Assembly (NCBI GenBank): GCA_963823665.1
Contig: CAWGMQ010000004.1
Span: forward strand, 1,472,001 to 1,536,000
Source of the DNA: an uncultured Planctomycetota bacterium
GTDB lineage: Bacteria; Planctomycetota; Planctomycetia; Isosphaerales; Isosphaeraceae
Direction: 5' to 3'
DNA: 64,000 nucleotides
Positions 1 to 10,161 of this stretch are shown in pieces (position 1 is the stretch's first letter; every line of letters starts with the position of its first letter). Position numbers and translations under genes: made by a program. The notes beneath the pieces were generated by a model. That model saw only the letters and a program-made list of their open reading frames with translations. It had not been told where the DNA came from and did not search any database.

Positions 1-1
1 G

Positions 2-1393
2 GCTGGCATTCCGGGCTCGCGCCGGCTTCTCGTCGATGAGCCATTCGTGCACCGCGCGAATGTCGATTACATTTTCACCGCCGCACCCGATAAGCTGAAC
101 GTTGATCGAAAGGACCAGCAAGTCACCAAGATCGAGATCGGTTGGGTTCAGGGGCAGGATCAGAACGCATTCCTCGAGCTCGTTGCGACCAACCCCAAGG
201 GCGCGATGGATTTCGCCGAGAAACGACTGAAGCGCAGCCCGAATCAGTCACTTCTTCTCGACTATTACGTCTCCAGCACCACCGAGGACAGGCGGAGCCA
301 CGTGGAGGAGTTTCTCAAGTCGGGGTTGGACCGGCGGCCGGTCGACATTCCGTGGCACCGGTGTTACCAGCAGTTTGCCGAAATGAACAATCACGAGGGT
401 GGCCTCGTGGCGCTTTACGACAAGTATCTCGCGGCCGAGCCTTCGAGCGGCGCGCTCGTTTACCTCCGTGGCCGGATCGATCCCGACTGGGACAAGCAAG
501 AGTCGTTCTACCGGCAGGCGATCGCCGCCGACCCCAGGCTCGGCTGGCCCTGGTTGGGTATTGCTGCGAAGGCGAACGCTCGAGGACAGTGGGACGAGTC
601 TCTCAAGGCTGCTCTCAAGGCGCGCGAGCTGAACGTCAGCGAGACGGAAATGCTTGGTAATTTGATCCACGAAGCCAGGATGGCCAAAGGCCAGGCGGGC
701 GAGCTCGTGCCGCAATATCGCGCCGCATTGATGACCAGCGTGCAGGACATCTCGCCATTATTCTTGCTGATGGACGCTCTGGCGGCCTCGGGGAAGGCAA
801 ACGAGATTGATGGGGCGATCAATTCCTGGACCATGCGGGTGCCAGCGTCTGCACAAGGGCAGATCGCTCTGTTCTTGAAAGCGCTCGGGCTCTACTACGC
901 GGGAAACCTCAAGGAATGCGCGGCATACTGCGACACGAACATTCAGATAAAGCCTTCACCGGTGCACCTCCACGCTCTGCTCGCTCTGGGCCGGATGAAG
1001 GAGGCAACGGACGAGGTGGCGTTCAAAGCGGCGTGGCCAGACCCATTCAACATCCTGGCTGTGAGCGTCGCCTTTGCGCTCGAAGGCCAGCGCGACGAGT
1101 CGGCCCACTGGCGTGAAAAGGCTGTCGACGCGCTCAAGAAGTCAGGGGGTAAGACCGACGTGGGCAAAGCTGCGGAGCTCCTGACGGCTGCCAAGCCTCC
1201 GTCGATCGAGGAAGCTCGCCGCTACTTCGTTCCGGGGCCGAATAAGGCCCTCATCCTGGCTGCGCTCGCCGATTTGTTCCCCGCGAAACGAGAGATGTAC
1301 CTTGGCGAAGCCGCACGCTTCAACGTTTCCCGCAAGCCTTCGTATTACCTGATCGAGCGCGCCACCAAGAAGAACAAACCCGTCCAGCCATGA
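2..1393 (+). CDS. TPR-like alpha-helical repeat protein, 5' end outside window
   Basis: Frame is open from position 2 (AGIPGSRRLLVDEPFVHRANVDY...). TPR-like helices such as YRQAIAADPRLGWPWLGIA. Stop overlaps the next ATG (ATGA at 1390-1393). Confidence 0.65.
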   Translation, partial: AGIPGSRRLLVDEPFVHRANVDYIFTAAPDKLNVDRKDQQVTKIEIGWVQGQDQNAFLELVATNPKGAMDFAEKRLKRSPNQSLLLDYYVSSTTEDRRSHVEEFLKSGLDRRPVDIPWHRCYQQFAEMNNHEGGLVALYDKYLAAEPSSGALVYLRGRIDPDWDKQESFYRQAIAADPRLGWPWLGIAAKANARGQWDESLKAALKARELNVSETEMLGNLIHEARMAKGQAGELVPQYRAALMTSVQDISPLFLLMDALAASGKANEIDGAINSWTMRVPASAQGQIALFLKALGLYYAGNLKECAAYCDTNIQIKPSPVHLHALLALGRMKEATDEVAFKAAWPDPFNILAVSVAFALEGQRDESAHWREKAVDALKKSGGKTDVGKAAELLTAAKPPSIEEARRYFVPGPNKALILAALADLFPAKREMYLGEAARFNVSRKPSYYLIERATKKNKPVQP

Positions 1394-3336
1394 AGAGAGC
1401 CGCTTTCGACGCACTGGTTTCCCGGATCGAGAAGAGTTACGCCGGCAGGCAGGCGGCACTGGAACGGGCAACTTCGCGCTGGATCGCGCTGGGGCTCGCC
1501 GCCTTGCTGTCGTGGCTGGTTTTCCTCACGAGTGTCGGGCTCTTGTTCTTTGTCCTCGGGGCGATTACCGAGCCGCCGCTGGGCATCGTGCTCATCTGCA
1601 TCGGCGTGCCCGTCGCGCTCTACGGAGCGCTCCAGGCGTATTACCTCATGCACGACGAGCTTACCCCGCCCGAGGGGCATCTGGTTGGCCCGGGCGAGGC
1701 ACCAGCGCCTCCGGTCGCTGCTGGAAGGCTTACGCCGGGACTTGCAATGCCGGTCGTTCGACCAGGTGCGCATCACGCTCAACTTGAATGCATCGGTGCG
1801 CGAGCTGCCCCGTCTGGGTCTTCTGGGCTGGCCGCGTACGATCCTGGAGATAGGCCTTCCGCTGGCGGAGGCCATGTCGCCGGAAGAGCTCAAAGTGATT
1901 CTGGCGCATGAATTTGTACACCTTTCCGGGCGACATGGCCGGAGCTGTGGCCGGATCTATCGGCTCAACCGCAGTTGGGGCAATCTGTTCGAGCGCATGC
2001 AGCGCCCGGCGGCAGATAGCTTCACTCGCATGTCTCGCTCGGCGATCAGGCGGTTCGTGGACTGGTACTGGCCGAGGCTGCATGCGCGGCGCTTGTGCTC
2101 TCGCGCGCCCACGAGCTGCAGGCCGACCGCGATGCGGCACGCATCGCGGGAGCAGCCGCAATGGCCAGCTCGCTCTGGCGGCTCGAAGGGCTCAACCCCT
2201 GGCTCTCCGAGCGCTTCTGGCCCGAGCTGCTTGCCCAGGCCGCCGTTTGGCCGGAGCCGCCCTGCGATATCGGGAACCGGCTGACGGCAGCGATCCGTAC
2301 TCCGCCGGAGCCGGAGGTCGCCGCAGTGTGGACCGAGCGCGGCTTGATTCGCGCGACGCTGCACGACGAGACACATCCCGCTCTTCTCGACCGGGTGCGC
2401 CCGCTCGGCGTGACGGCGGATGATCTTCGGAGAATCGGCTTCCCAGTCGCGCCGCGGCCGTCCGCTGCGGAAGCCCTGCTCGGCGACCTTGTCCCGACGA
2501 TCGAGCGCGAGCTCTCCGAGAAATGGCACAAGGATAATGTCGGCTCCTGGCGCGACCGTCATCGCCGGGCGCTCGCCGAAGCCCGGCGCAATGCGGTGCC
2601 CTCCGACGCGGAAGCGACGAGCGCCGCTGCCAGTGCCGATGTTCATTCACTCTGGGAAAGCGCGAGAGAGACGGTCAACCTGCAGGGCCCGGTACCGGCG
2701 GTGCCACTACTCAAACGCGTTCTCGAGCGCGACCCGAACCACGACGGTGCCGCCGTGATCCTCGGCCGGCATCTCGCGGTCGTGGGCGATCCGCAAGGTG
2801 AGGCACTCTTGACCGGCGTGGTCGCGCGGAACGACGAGGTATGGCTGCCGCGCGCCTGCGAAGCGCTGCAGGAAGTCTACCGCGCCAGCGGCCGGATGGA
2901 ATTACTCCGCCAGATCCACGATCGGCTCGACCGCCATGAGTCCGACCTGCGCGCCGCCGGGCTCGAGCGCTCGAAAATCACCGCGGGTGACACATTCGTT
3001 CCACATGACCTATCCGAATCGCAGCTTGCGGGACTGCGAGAAGTGCTGAGCTCGGTTTCAGCCCTGGGCGCGGCCTGGCTGATCCGAAAGACCGTCCGGT
3101 ACTTTCCAAATCGACCGCTATTCGTGCTGTGTGTTCGCGGACCGGCCACCACCTGGTGGTCCGTCAACTCCGAGAAGGAGCAAGCGATCGTGCGCCAACT
3201 CGTGCGGAAAGTCGAGCTTCCCGGGCAGGTGCTGGTGATCGCGCGAGCAGGCTCCTTCCGCAGCCTGGCCCGAAAGTGCATGAAGTTCCCGGGCAGCGAG
3301 GTGTTCCGTCGCGGCGAGACCACGGGCTCCGAATAA
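1390..3336 (+). CDS. M48-family zinc metallopeptidase (HtpX/Ste24-like), split by two compensating frameshifts (~1708, ~2089)
   Basis: Two N-terminal TM helices in frame 1390. LNAS...GLPL...ELKVILAHEFVH (HExxH) in frame 1532. SRAHELQADRDAA and THPALLDRV in frame 2095. Confidence 0.8.
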
Positions 3337-3387
3337 GGGTGGGCTTCTCGATTCCTGGTAAGGTTCCATGGTCAGGAAACTTCGCTC

Positions 3388-4506
3388 TCAGCGTGATTGC
3401 AGCGCACCGCGGCCGATGGCGCTTGGATCTCTGGCAACCTTCTCTGCAAAGACCCGCAGGTCTGCGAGCACGGCCCGAAGCTGGGCGAGGGTCTGGCTCG
3501 CCGAGAGGGCAACGTTGTTGAGATTGTCATGGAGCTCAGCCTGGGTGAGCAGCTTCTGAAGCGTGCCGTCGGGATTCAGACCGCCCCGTCCATCGCGCAA
3601 CTTGCTGGTCAGGAGCTCGAGATCGGCCGCGAGGACGTTGATCCGGCGCACCGCCTGGCCGATGTCGGTTGACGGCGCGTGGTTGACCGGCGCTCCCAGG
3701 TCTTTGAGCACGGGGTCGAGCTGGGCGAGCCCCGCGTCGAGCCGATTCGCCGCCGAAGAAAAGCGGTCGAGGCCGGCCTTGAGAGCAGCCTGCGTGTCCG
3801 GGTCGAAAGTCTTGTTGAGCTTGGCGGCGACCTCGCGAAGGTCGGAAATCGCGGGCTTCAAGTTGGCTTCGTTGGCGCGCACCACGTCGTTGATCCCTTT
3901 CGCGGCCTGCGAGACATTCTGGCCCGCATCGGTGACCGAGGCGAGGAAGCCATCGATCTTCTGGGCACTGTCGGAGAGCTTCGCGATTCCGACGGCGGCT
4001 TTGTTGATGGAACTCAGGGTCTCGCCGGCACTATCGAAAGCCTTGGTTGCCGACTCGAGCGCCTTGGCCGGGTCAGGCGCGACCACGCCTTCGATGATCT
4101 TCCCGGTTTCGCGCGGCGACTTGTTCGTCTGCAGGAGCGCCGGGCCCTTTCCGGGCAGCATGTCGATTGTGACGTCTCCGATCAAAGAGCGCGTCAGCCG
4201 CGGGACTGCACCCTCGTGGAGCTTAAATTTTCGCTCAATTGCGAGTGTGACGATCACACCGTCGGGCGGGTCGGAACTGTCGTCAAACGCAATCGCAAAG
4301 ACCTCGCCGATCCGGATACCGCTCTTGCGAACGGCGACGCCCTCGAGGACACCGGGTGCTTCGGGATAGTGCACTTTGAGATAGACCTGATCGCGCAAGA
4401 TTCCCGGCGACTCGCCGAACCAGATGATCATCATGGTGAGCACCAGTCCCGCCACGATGACGAACATTCCGAGCCGGAACTGCATGAGTCGTTCGTTCAT
4501 GATCAC
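3388..4506 (-). CDS. mlaD: MlaD/MCE-family substrate-binding protein
   Basis: N-terminal TM anchor, MCE motif (GVAVRKSGIRIGEV...SLIGDVTIDMLPG), coiled-coil tail, operon with mlaE/mlaF. Confidence 0.85.
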   Translation of the reverse strand: MIMNERLMQFRLGMFVIVAGLVLTMMIIWFGESPGILRDQVYLKVHYPEAPGVLEGVAVRKSGIRIGEVFAIAFDDSSDPPDGVIVTLAIERKFKLHEGAVPRLTRSLIGDVTIDMLPGKGPALLQTNKSPRETGKIIEGVVAPDPAKALESATKAFDSAGETLSSINKAAVGIAKLSDSAQKIDGFLASVTDAGQNVSQAAKGINDVVRANEANLKPAISDLREVAAKLNKTFDPDTQAALKAGLDRFSSAANRLDAGLAQLDPVLKDLGAPVNHAPSTDIGQAVRRINVLAADLELLTSKLRDGRGGLNPDGTLQKLLTQAELHDNLNNVALSASQTLAQLRAVLADLRVFAEKVARDPSAIGRGALQSR

Positions 4507-4527
4507 CCTCGTTATTGCGTGCCGGCC

Positions 4528-5394
4528 TTAGCGGGATGCCTGCACCCGCCTCCCGGAGGAACTCGCGGTGCGGTGGAGCGCCATCTCGCGCAGGCGTTCG
4601 CCGGCCTCTCCGCGCACGAACTGTCCGACCCGAGGATCGGGGGAGTTTTCGATCTCATTCGGTGGGCCGTCGTACAGGATCTGCGGCTCGTCGGGCCCCA
4701 GGCGCGCAAGCGGATAGAGCATCACCACACGGTCAGCCACTTTGGCGACCGTCTTCATATCGTGGGTGACGACGACGCCGGTTGTCTTCATGGAACGCTG
4801 GGTCTGGAGGATGAGCGCGTTGATCACGTCACTCATGATCGGGTCAAGACCGGTTGTCGGCTCGTCATAGAGCATCACTTCCGGTCCGATTGCCAGGGCC
4901 CGTGCCAGGCCCACTCGCTTACGCTGACCTCCGGAGAGCTCGGCCGGCTTCCTGGTCTCGATTTCCGTGGGCAGGCCCACTTCGTGCAGCCGCTGCAAGA
5001 CGATCTGCCGCGCCTGCGCCTCGTCGCAAATGCGATGCTCGCGCAGGCCGAACGCTACATTGTCGAAGACGGAAAGGCTGTCGAAGAGCGCGGCCATCTG
5101 GAAGAGAAACCCAAACCGCAGCCGCATCTTCACGAGCTGCCTGCCATCGAGAGTCGCGATGTCGACGCCGTCAAAAAACACCTTGCCGGAAGTCGGCCGC
5201 AAGAGCCCGATGATCAGCTTGAGCATGACCGTCTTGCCGCAGCCGCTCTCGCCGATGATGCATACCGTCTGCCCCCGCTGGATCGTCAGGTTGATGTTGC
5301 GCAACACCGAATCGTAGCGGAAGCGGATGCTGACGTCGCGGAGCTCGATCAAGGCCGCCTGAGCGCCTTCGGGGGCCGGTGCTTCTTGACTCAT
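4528..5394 (-). CDS. mlaF: MlaF-type ABC transporter ATP-binding protein
   Basis: Walker A GESGCGKT, signature LSGGQRKRVGLARA, YDEPTTGLDP, VVTHD. Start ATG at 5394 overlaps the mlaE stop. Confidence 0.9.
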   Translation of the reverse strand: MSQEAPAPEGAQAALIELRDVSIRFRYDSVLRNINLTIQRGQTVCIIGESGCGKTVMLKLIIGLLRPTSGKVFFDGVDIATLDGRQLVKMRLRFGFLFQMAALFDSLSVFDNVAFGLREHRICDEAQARQIVLQRLHEVGLPTEIETRKPAELSGGQRKRVGLARALAIGPEVMLYDEPTTGLDPIMSDVINALILQTQRSMKTTGVVVTHDMKTVAKVADRVVMLYPLARLGPDEPQILYDGPPNEIENSPDPRVGQFVRGEAGERLREMALHRTASSSGRRVQASR

Positions 5395-6254
5395 AGCAAG
5401 CCTTCCGACTGGGGCCACAGCGAGCGGTACAGATTGTTCCAGCCGAGACCGAGCACGAAGTCGAGGAACAGGATCACGATGAACGAGTAGACGAAGGCCT
5501 CGGTCGCAGCGCGGCCGACGCCTTCTGCGCCGGCACGGGCGTTGAAGCCGCGATGGCAACTGATCAAGGCGATCGCGGCGCCGAAGAAATAACTCTTGAA
5601 TACGCCGGCGAAGATGTCGAGGCTGTCGAGGAAGTCGCGTGTGTGCTTCCAGTAGGCGAACGAGTCTATCTTGAGAATTTGCGTGCTCACCACCGCTCCG
5701 CCGATGACCCCCATGAAGTCGCCCATCAAGGTCAGCAGGGGAATCAGCAAGACGCAGGCCAGAAAACGCGGAACGACGAGGTAATAAATTGGGTTGGTGC
5801 CCAGCCCCGACAGCGCGTCAATCTGCTCAGTCACTCGCATCGTGCCCAGCTCGGCGGCCATCGACGAACCAACCCGTCCGGCGAGCATCGTCGCCGCCAG
5901 CACCGGCCCGAGCTCCCGCACAATCGAGATATTGATCACCGAGCCCAGCCTGGTCGCCAGCCCCATCATCGCGAATTGGTGATAGGCCTGCACCGCCAGC
6001 ACCATTCCAATGAACGTTCCCGTGATCGCGACCACCGAGACGCTCTTGACGCCAATGGCATAAAAGATCGGAACCAGGACCGACCAGCGGGCGCGGCGAC
6101 GCACGATCCACATGAGCGTGCTGGCCGCAAAGGTCGCGACGTCGCCGATGTCGGCGATCACATCGAAGACATTCTCGCCCAGCCGGTGCACCGGGGTCGC
6201 CCCGGCATCAGGCGCAGACGGTCGAGCAGCCGATGAACCAACCGCCATCGCCAC
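5391..6254 (-). CDS. mlaE: MlaE-family ABC permease
   Basis: RELGPVLAATMLAGRVGSSMAAELGTMRVTEQIDAL and GAEGVGRAATEAFV motifs. Confidence 0.92.
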   Translation of the reverse strand: MAMAVGSSAARPSAPDAGATPVHRLGENVFDVIADIGDVATFAASTLMWIVRRRARWSVLVPIFYAIGVKSVSVVAITGTFIGMVLAVQAYHQFAMMGLATRLGSVINISIVRELGPVLAATMLAGRVGSSMAAELGTMRVTEQIDALSGLGTNPIYYLVVPRFLACVLLIPLLTLMGDFMGVIGGAVVSTQILKIDSFAYWKHTRDFLDSLDIFAGVFKSYFFGAAIALISCHRGFNARAGAEGVGRAATEAFVYSFIVILFLDFVLGLGWNNLYRSLWPQSEGLL

Positions 6255-6365
6255 GTCACTCCTTCACGACTGCACGAAAGGGGGCGGTCAGACATGCTCC
6301 CCCGCCTCACTGTGAGCACGGACCAAACCGATGGCATCGTCTCGGCGCCCGTTGCGACCGGGACC

Positions 6366-6394
6366 ATTCTGGACCCGATCACCAAAATTGACAA
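6366..6394 (-). promoter_or_regulatory. Candidate sigma70 promoter for mlaEFD
   Basis: Minus strand reads TTGTCA-N17-CAGAAT, about 110 nt upstream of mlaE. Confidence 0.3.
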
Positions 6395-6566
6395 GATCGA
6401 CCGCCCTTTCGGTCGTGACCACTCCCTTCCGATCGAATCACACGTGATGTAAGATCGTTTGTGGGTCTCAATTCGATCGGCGACATCCTAAAATCCCGGT
6501 TTTTCCCAGAATACCCAGTCTGATTCCCTTCCACTTATTCGGCCTAACGATGGAGGTCTGAGGACG

Positions 6567-6782
6567 ATGCGAGTTGGGCGAATTTTCGCGGTCGCGGCCA
6601 TGCTCGGCTCATTCACATTTGGAACGGGAATGCTCATCTCGGCTGGGGGTTGTTCCGGCGCGGGCGATTCCGGCGGGCAGGCGAGCATGGACCCCGAGGC
6701 TCAGAAGGTCGCGCAAGACAAGATGAAGGAATACCTGGCGAAAAAACCACCCCTTGTGAAGGGCCCGCAAGGGAAGAAGTAG
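6567..6782 (+). CDS. Small putative lipoprotein upstream of the DUF1559 gene
   Basis: RBS-like GAGG, hydrophobic signal ending SAGGC, Lys-rich tail. Small lipoproteins commonly flank DUF1559 genes in planctomycetes. Confidence 0.65.
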   Translation: MRVGRIFAVAAMLGSFTFGTGMLISAGGCSGAGDSGGQASMDPEAQKVAQDKMKEYLAKKPPLVKGPQGKK

Positions 6783-6844
6783 CGCGCCGAGGCTTGGCTT
6801 GCGAGCAGTTCGATCCACGTTTTCATTGATTGGGGGCTTTGGTC

Positions 6845-7867
6845 ATGAATCCCCGGGCTCACCGTGGGTTTACACTCATCGAGCTTCTGGTTGTCATCGC
6901 CATCATCGCGGTGCTGATCGCCTTGCTGCTGCCGGCCGTTCAAGCGGCGCGCGAAGCTGCCAGACGCGGGCAGTGCATCAATAATCTCAAGCAGATCGGC
7001 ATAGCGCTCTCCAACTACCACACGGCGTTCGACCGGTTTCCGATGGGCACCACGATTGCCTATTCCGATCCCGGCGTTCAGACTAACTGGGGCACGTGGA
7101 GCTGCCATGCGCTACTTCTCCCGTATCTTGACAATCAACCGCTCTGGGCCGCAGCCAATTTTAGCTGGAACTGCTGGTATGACGTCGGCTACGACGTGAA
7201 TTCCACGGTGTTCAACACGCGGCTGGCGTTTTTTGTCTGCCCGTCCGACGGCAAGTCCGGACCGGCCAACACCAACAATTACATGGGATCGATGGGCACG
7301 GCGACGAACCCGTGGACGTTGCTCGGCAACGGTATATTCTCGAATCAGACCTGCTCGTCTTATTCAAACCTGAGAGACGGCTCCACGACCACGATCGCTT
7401 TCTCCGAGGCGCTGGTCTCCGATGCGCTCCATAGCGTCGCCTACCGCGATGGCGTTGCCACAGGTGTGGGCTCGGCCGGGTCAGGTGACTCAGCCGGCGC
7501 CAATGTACCCGGGGTCATGGCCGACCTTCAAACCTGCACCCAGTTGTGGCAGTCCAAGGAAGCGATTCCAGCAAGCGAGGACAAGGGCTACCGCTGGGCC
7601 GCCGGCTCGCCGGGCGTGACCCTCTTCAACACGATCGTTCCGCCCAACTCGCAGCAGTACCAGTGGGCCGGCTGCCGGATGGACTGCGCCGGGTGCGGGT
7701 TCGACTTCGGCCAATATGAGAACGCCACCAGCAACCACTCTGGCGGTGTGAACGTCTTGATGTGCGACGGCAGCGTGCAGTGGGTCAAGAGCTCGGTGGC
7801 GATGAACGTCTGGTGGGCGCTGGGAACCACCGCGGCCTCGGACATCGTTCTCAAAGACAGCTATTGA
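6845..7867 (+). CDS. DUF1559 prepilin-type N-terminal cleavage/methylation protein
   Basis: [35 protein letters not shown]...[13 protein letters not shown], and C-terminal H-X9-DG ([15 protein letters not shown]). Confidence 0.95.
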   Translation: MNPRAHRGFTLIELLVVIAIIAVLIALLLPAVQAAREAARRGQCINNLKQIGIALSNYHTAFDRFPMGTTIAYSDPGVQTNWGTWSCHALLLPYLDNQPLWAAANFSWNCWYDVGYDVNSTVFNTRLAFFVCPSDGKSGPANTNNYMGSMGTATNPWTLLGNGIFSNQTCSSYSNLRDGSTTTIAFSEALVSDALHSVAYRDGVATGVGSAGSGDSAGANVPGVMADLQTCTQLWQSKEAIPASEDKGYRWAAGSPGVTLFNTIVPPNSQQYQWAGCRMDCAGCGFDFGQYENATSNHSGGVNVLMCDGSVQWVKSSVAMNVWWALGTTAASDIVLKDSY

Positions 7868-7870
7868 TAC

Positions 7871-9001
7871 TCAGAGGCCGATTTCGTCGAGGCGCTGCGT
7901 GAGCATGGCCTCGATCATCTGGCACGTGCGGCGGTAGGTCTCAAAGTCGCAGCCGACGGGGTCCGCGAGGTCGCCGCCTGAAGGGTCGAGCAGGAACACA
8001 CGCGACTCGACTTCGGGCACCGAACGAAGCAAGTCGTCCAGGTGGTCGATTGTCATGGCAAAGATGTAGTCGGCCTGGCGTGCGAGCCTCGAGTCGATTC
8101 GGCGGCTGCGATGGTTCTCGAGCGATCCGCCGAGCGCCCGCACCACCTCGACGGCGTGAGCGGCAGCCGGGTGACCGTCGTACGCAGCGACACCCGACGA
8201 GCACACGACGAAGCCGCGTTTTTCCAGCTCATCCACCGTGCAGTTGAACCGCCGTGCCAGCAGAATCTTGCAGATGGCTTCGGCCATCGGGCTCCGGCAG
8301 GTATTGCCGGTGCAGATAAACATGATGATGAGGCTCGCGCTTTCGACCAGACTCGCGGAATCGACCACACCCTCGCGCTCGACGGCCCAGTTTTCCCCTT
8401 CAATCCTGACGACGGTCGCGAACTGTTGAAACTGGGTCGGGCCCGAGTCAATCACCATATCAAGACCCGAGACTGCGCGGAGGGATTCTGCCGTCGCGGG
8501 GATCGATCCCTCGGGATCGGTTACCATCGCGATGACCAGCGGGGCCGGCAGGAGACGCAGCACGTCCCGAACGATCGTCTGCGACGGACTGCGCAACGCA
8601 ACATCGCCGGCGGGTGAGACCAGCGGTTTGACTTCGCTCGGGAGACGCTCGTAGAGACCGGTGGTCCCGTTACCGGGAAAAACGAGTGTGACGGGCCCAG
8701 GCCAGAGGCGCCAGGCCATCCGCCGGCCGACTTCCGAAACGCCCGGAACCCAGTCGGTCACCTCTTCCGGGCCTTTGAGCAGCAGCGTGAGCGGCCGCGC
8801 GCCGGGAGCGTCGCGGATTGCCCGCACGCGGGCGACGGCGTCAGGCCGCAGCGCGCATGCGACAAGCGAGTAGACGGTCTCCGTCGCCAGACCGACGACT
8901 CCCCCTTGCGCCAGGCACGCGACTGCGCGATGCACGACGTCTCGAACGTCATCGACGCGAGAGACGTCGATCCACTGCGGAGAAACTTGCGCGTCGGGCA
9001 T
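7871..9001 (-). CDS. TsaC/Sua5-like domain fused to a low-molecular-weight protein (Arg/Tyr) phosphatase
   Basis: N-terminal TETVYSL and LWPGPVTLV (YrdC fold). C-terminal FICTGNTCRSPMAE...DYIFAMT...DLADPVG. Confidence 0.88.
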   Translation of the reverse strand: MPDAQVSPQWIDVSRVDDVRDVVHRAVACLAQGGVVGLATETVYSLVACALRPDAVARVRAIRDAPGARPLTLLLKGPEEVTDWVPGVSEVGRRMAWRLWPGPVTLVFPGNGTTGLYERLPSEVKPLVSPAGDVALRSPSQTIVRDVLRLLPAPLVIAMVTDPEGSIPATAESLRAVSGLDMVIDSGPTQFQQFATVVRIEGENWAVEREGVVDSASLVESASLIIMFICTGNTCRSPMAEAICKILLARRFNCTVDELEKRGFVVCSSGVAAYDGHPAAAHAVEVVRALGGSLENHRSRRIDSRLARQADYIFAMTIDHLDDLLRSVPEVESRVFLLDPSGGDLADPVGCDFETYRRTCQMIEAMLTQRLDEIGL

Positions 9002-9014
9002 CGCAACTCGTCGA

Positions 9015-9299
9015 TCAAAAGAGCAGGGTCAATCCCTCGACTTCGCGGATTTCCGCGTAGATCGCGCGGACCTGTTCGGCTGTCTGTACCGAGATATCCA
9101 GGGTCAATGCAAGGTGGCGACCCGCCGGGGTGGTCCTGACGCTATAATCCAGGTCCGAATGGGCAGCCAGGTGCGAGCACACTGCAGCAACGACCCGTGA
9201 TTCGAAATCTTCATCGGCCCGGCCGATCGCCTTGATCTGGTAGACGCCCGGGAAAAAATGGGTCGATTCCAGCAGCTCGACCGAAGGGCGGTGATCCAT
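9015..9299 (-). CDS. DUF493/YbeD-family ACT-like protein
   Basis: HFFPGVYQIKAIG...GRHLALTLDI...EQVRAIYAEIREVEGL. Confidence 0.8.
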   Translation of the reverse strand: MDHRPSVELLESTHFFPGVYQIKAIGRADEDFESRVVAAVCSHLAAHSDLDYSVRTTPAGRHLALTLDISVQTAEQVRAIYAEIREVEGLTLLF

Positions 9300-9557
9300 G
9301 GCCCGCTCCGAAGCTTGTTCTCGAGGGCTCAAAGAGAAGGAGCGTCGATTACTCTCAACCAACCATCATAGGAAGTTCGCACGCGTTCGCAAAGACGCGA
9401 CTCCAGCACCTCGCGGCGCTCGCAATCTGAGCGATAGCAACCGTGGTCGCGCTCGAGCGGGAGTCGTCACATCGCGGTTGCTTGGGTCTACGACCGATCG
9501 TAGAATGCGGATGTTGCAGACCGTCGTCCGGGCGATAAGGCTCTTGCGGAGTTTCGA

Positions 9558-10118
9558 ATGTCATCCGTGCCTCAGACGGCCGCATCGCTCGATGACCTCC
9601 ACCGCATCGAGGGCAAGGCCGAGCTAATCGCTGGGAGGATTGTCCATCTCAAGCCCACGGGCTTCCGCCCCGGCCAGGTCGGCGGCCGAATCTATCGCAG
9701 TCTCGACGATCATGCCGTCACAACAGGTCGCGGCGTAGCCCTTCCCGACAATGTCGCTTTCGTTGTGCCCGAGCTAGCTTCGGGACGTCAGACGTTCTCC
9801 CCGGACGCCTCTTTTTTCCTCGGCATGCTTCCCTCGGATGAGATGGACTTCATCGAAGGGCCACCGACGCTTGCTGTCGAAGTCCGCAGCAAGGGCGACT
9901 ACGGCAAAGCGGCCGAGGCGTTGATGGCCGGCAAGCGCGCCGACTACTTCGAGGCCGGCACTTCGGTGGTTTGGGACGTCGACCCCAAAGCGGATTTGGT
10001 GCGGGTCTACCGGGCCGCTGCACCGGACCAGCCGACGGTGTTTAGCCGCGGACAGGTGGCGGATGCCGAACCTGCGGTTCCACGATGGCGATTGAGCGTC
10101 GACCTGATTTTTGCCTGA
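9558..10118 (+). CDS. Uma2-family (PD-(D/E)XK-like) endonuclease
   Basis: KAELIAGRIV, FSPDASF, PTLAVEVRS, KRADYFEAGTSVVWDVDP. Confidence 0.9.
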   Translation: MSSVPQTAASLDDLHRIEGKAELIAGRIVHLKPTGFRPGQVGGRIYRSLDDHAVTTGRGVALPDNVAFVVPELASGRQTFSPDASFFLGMLPSDEMDFIEGPPTLAVEVRSKGDYGKAAEALMAGKRADYFEAGTSVVWDVDPKADLVRVYRAAAPDQPTVFSRGQVADAEPAVPRWRLSVDLIFA

Positions 10119-10161
10119 CGTCGACCTGATTTTCTTCCGACTTGGCGTGCCCCACGCATCG

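Noticed and set aside
1700..2100. Programmed ribosomal frameshifting in the M48 peptidase or other split genes
   Set aside because: No slippery heptamer or shared signal. Many unrelated genes are affected, so assembly error is more parsimonious.
3679..5490. 603-aa plus-strand ORF (likewise 19974-22214, 18023-19390, 28418-29743, 42932-44272)
   Set aside because: Antisense shadows of well-supported genes in high-GC DNA, with no motifs.
9558..10118. Uma2 gene as part of a defence system
   Set aside because: It stands alone, and this family is commonly expanded in planctomycetes. No methylase or defence partners are nearby.
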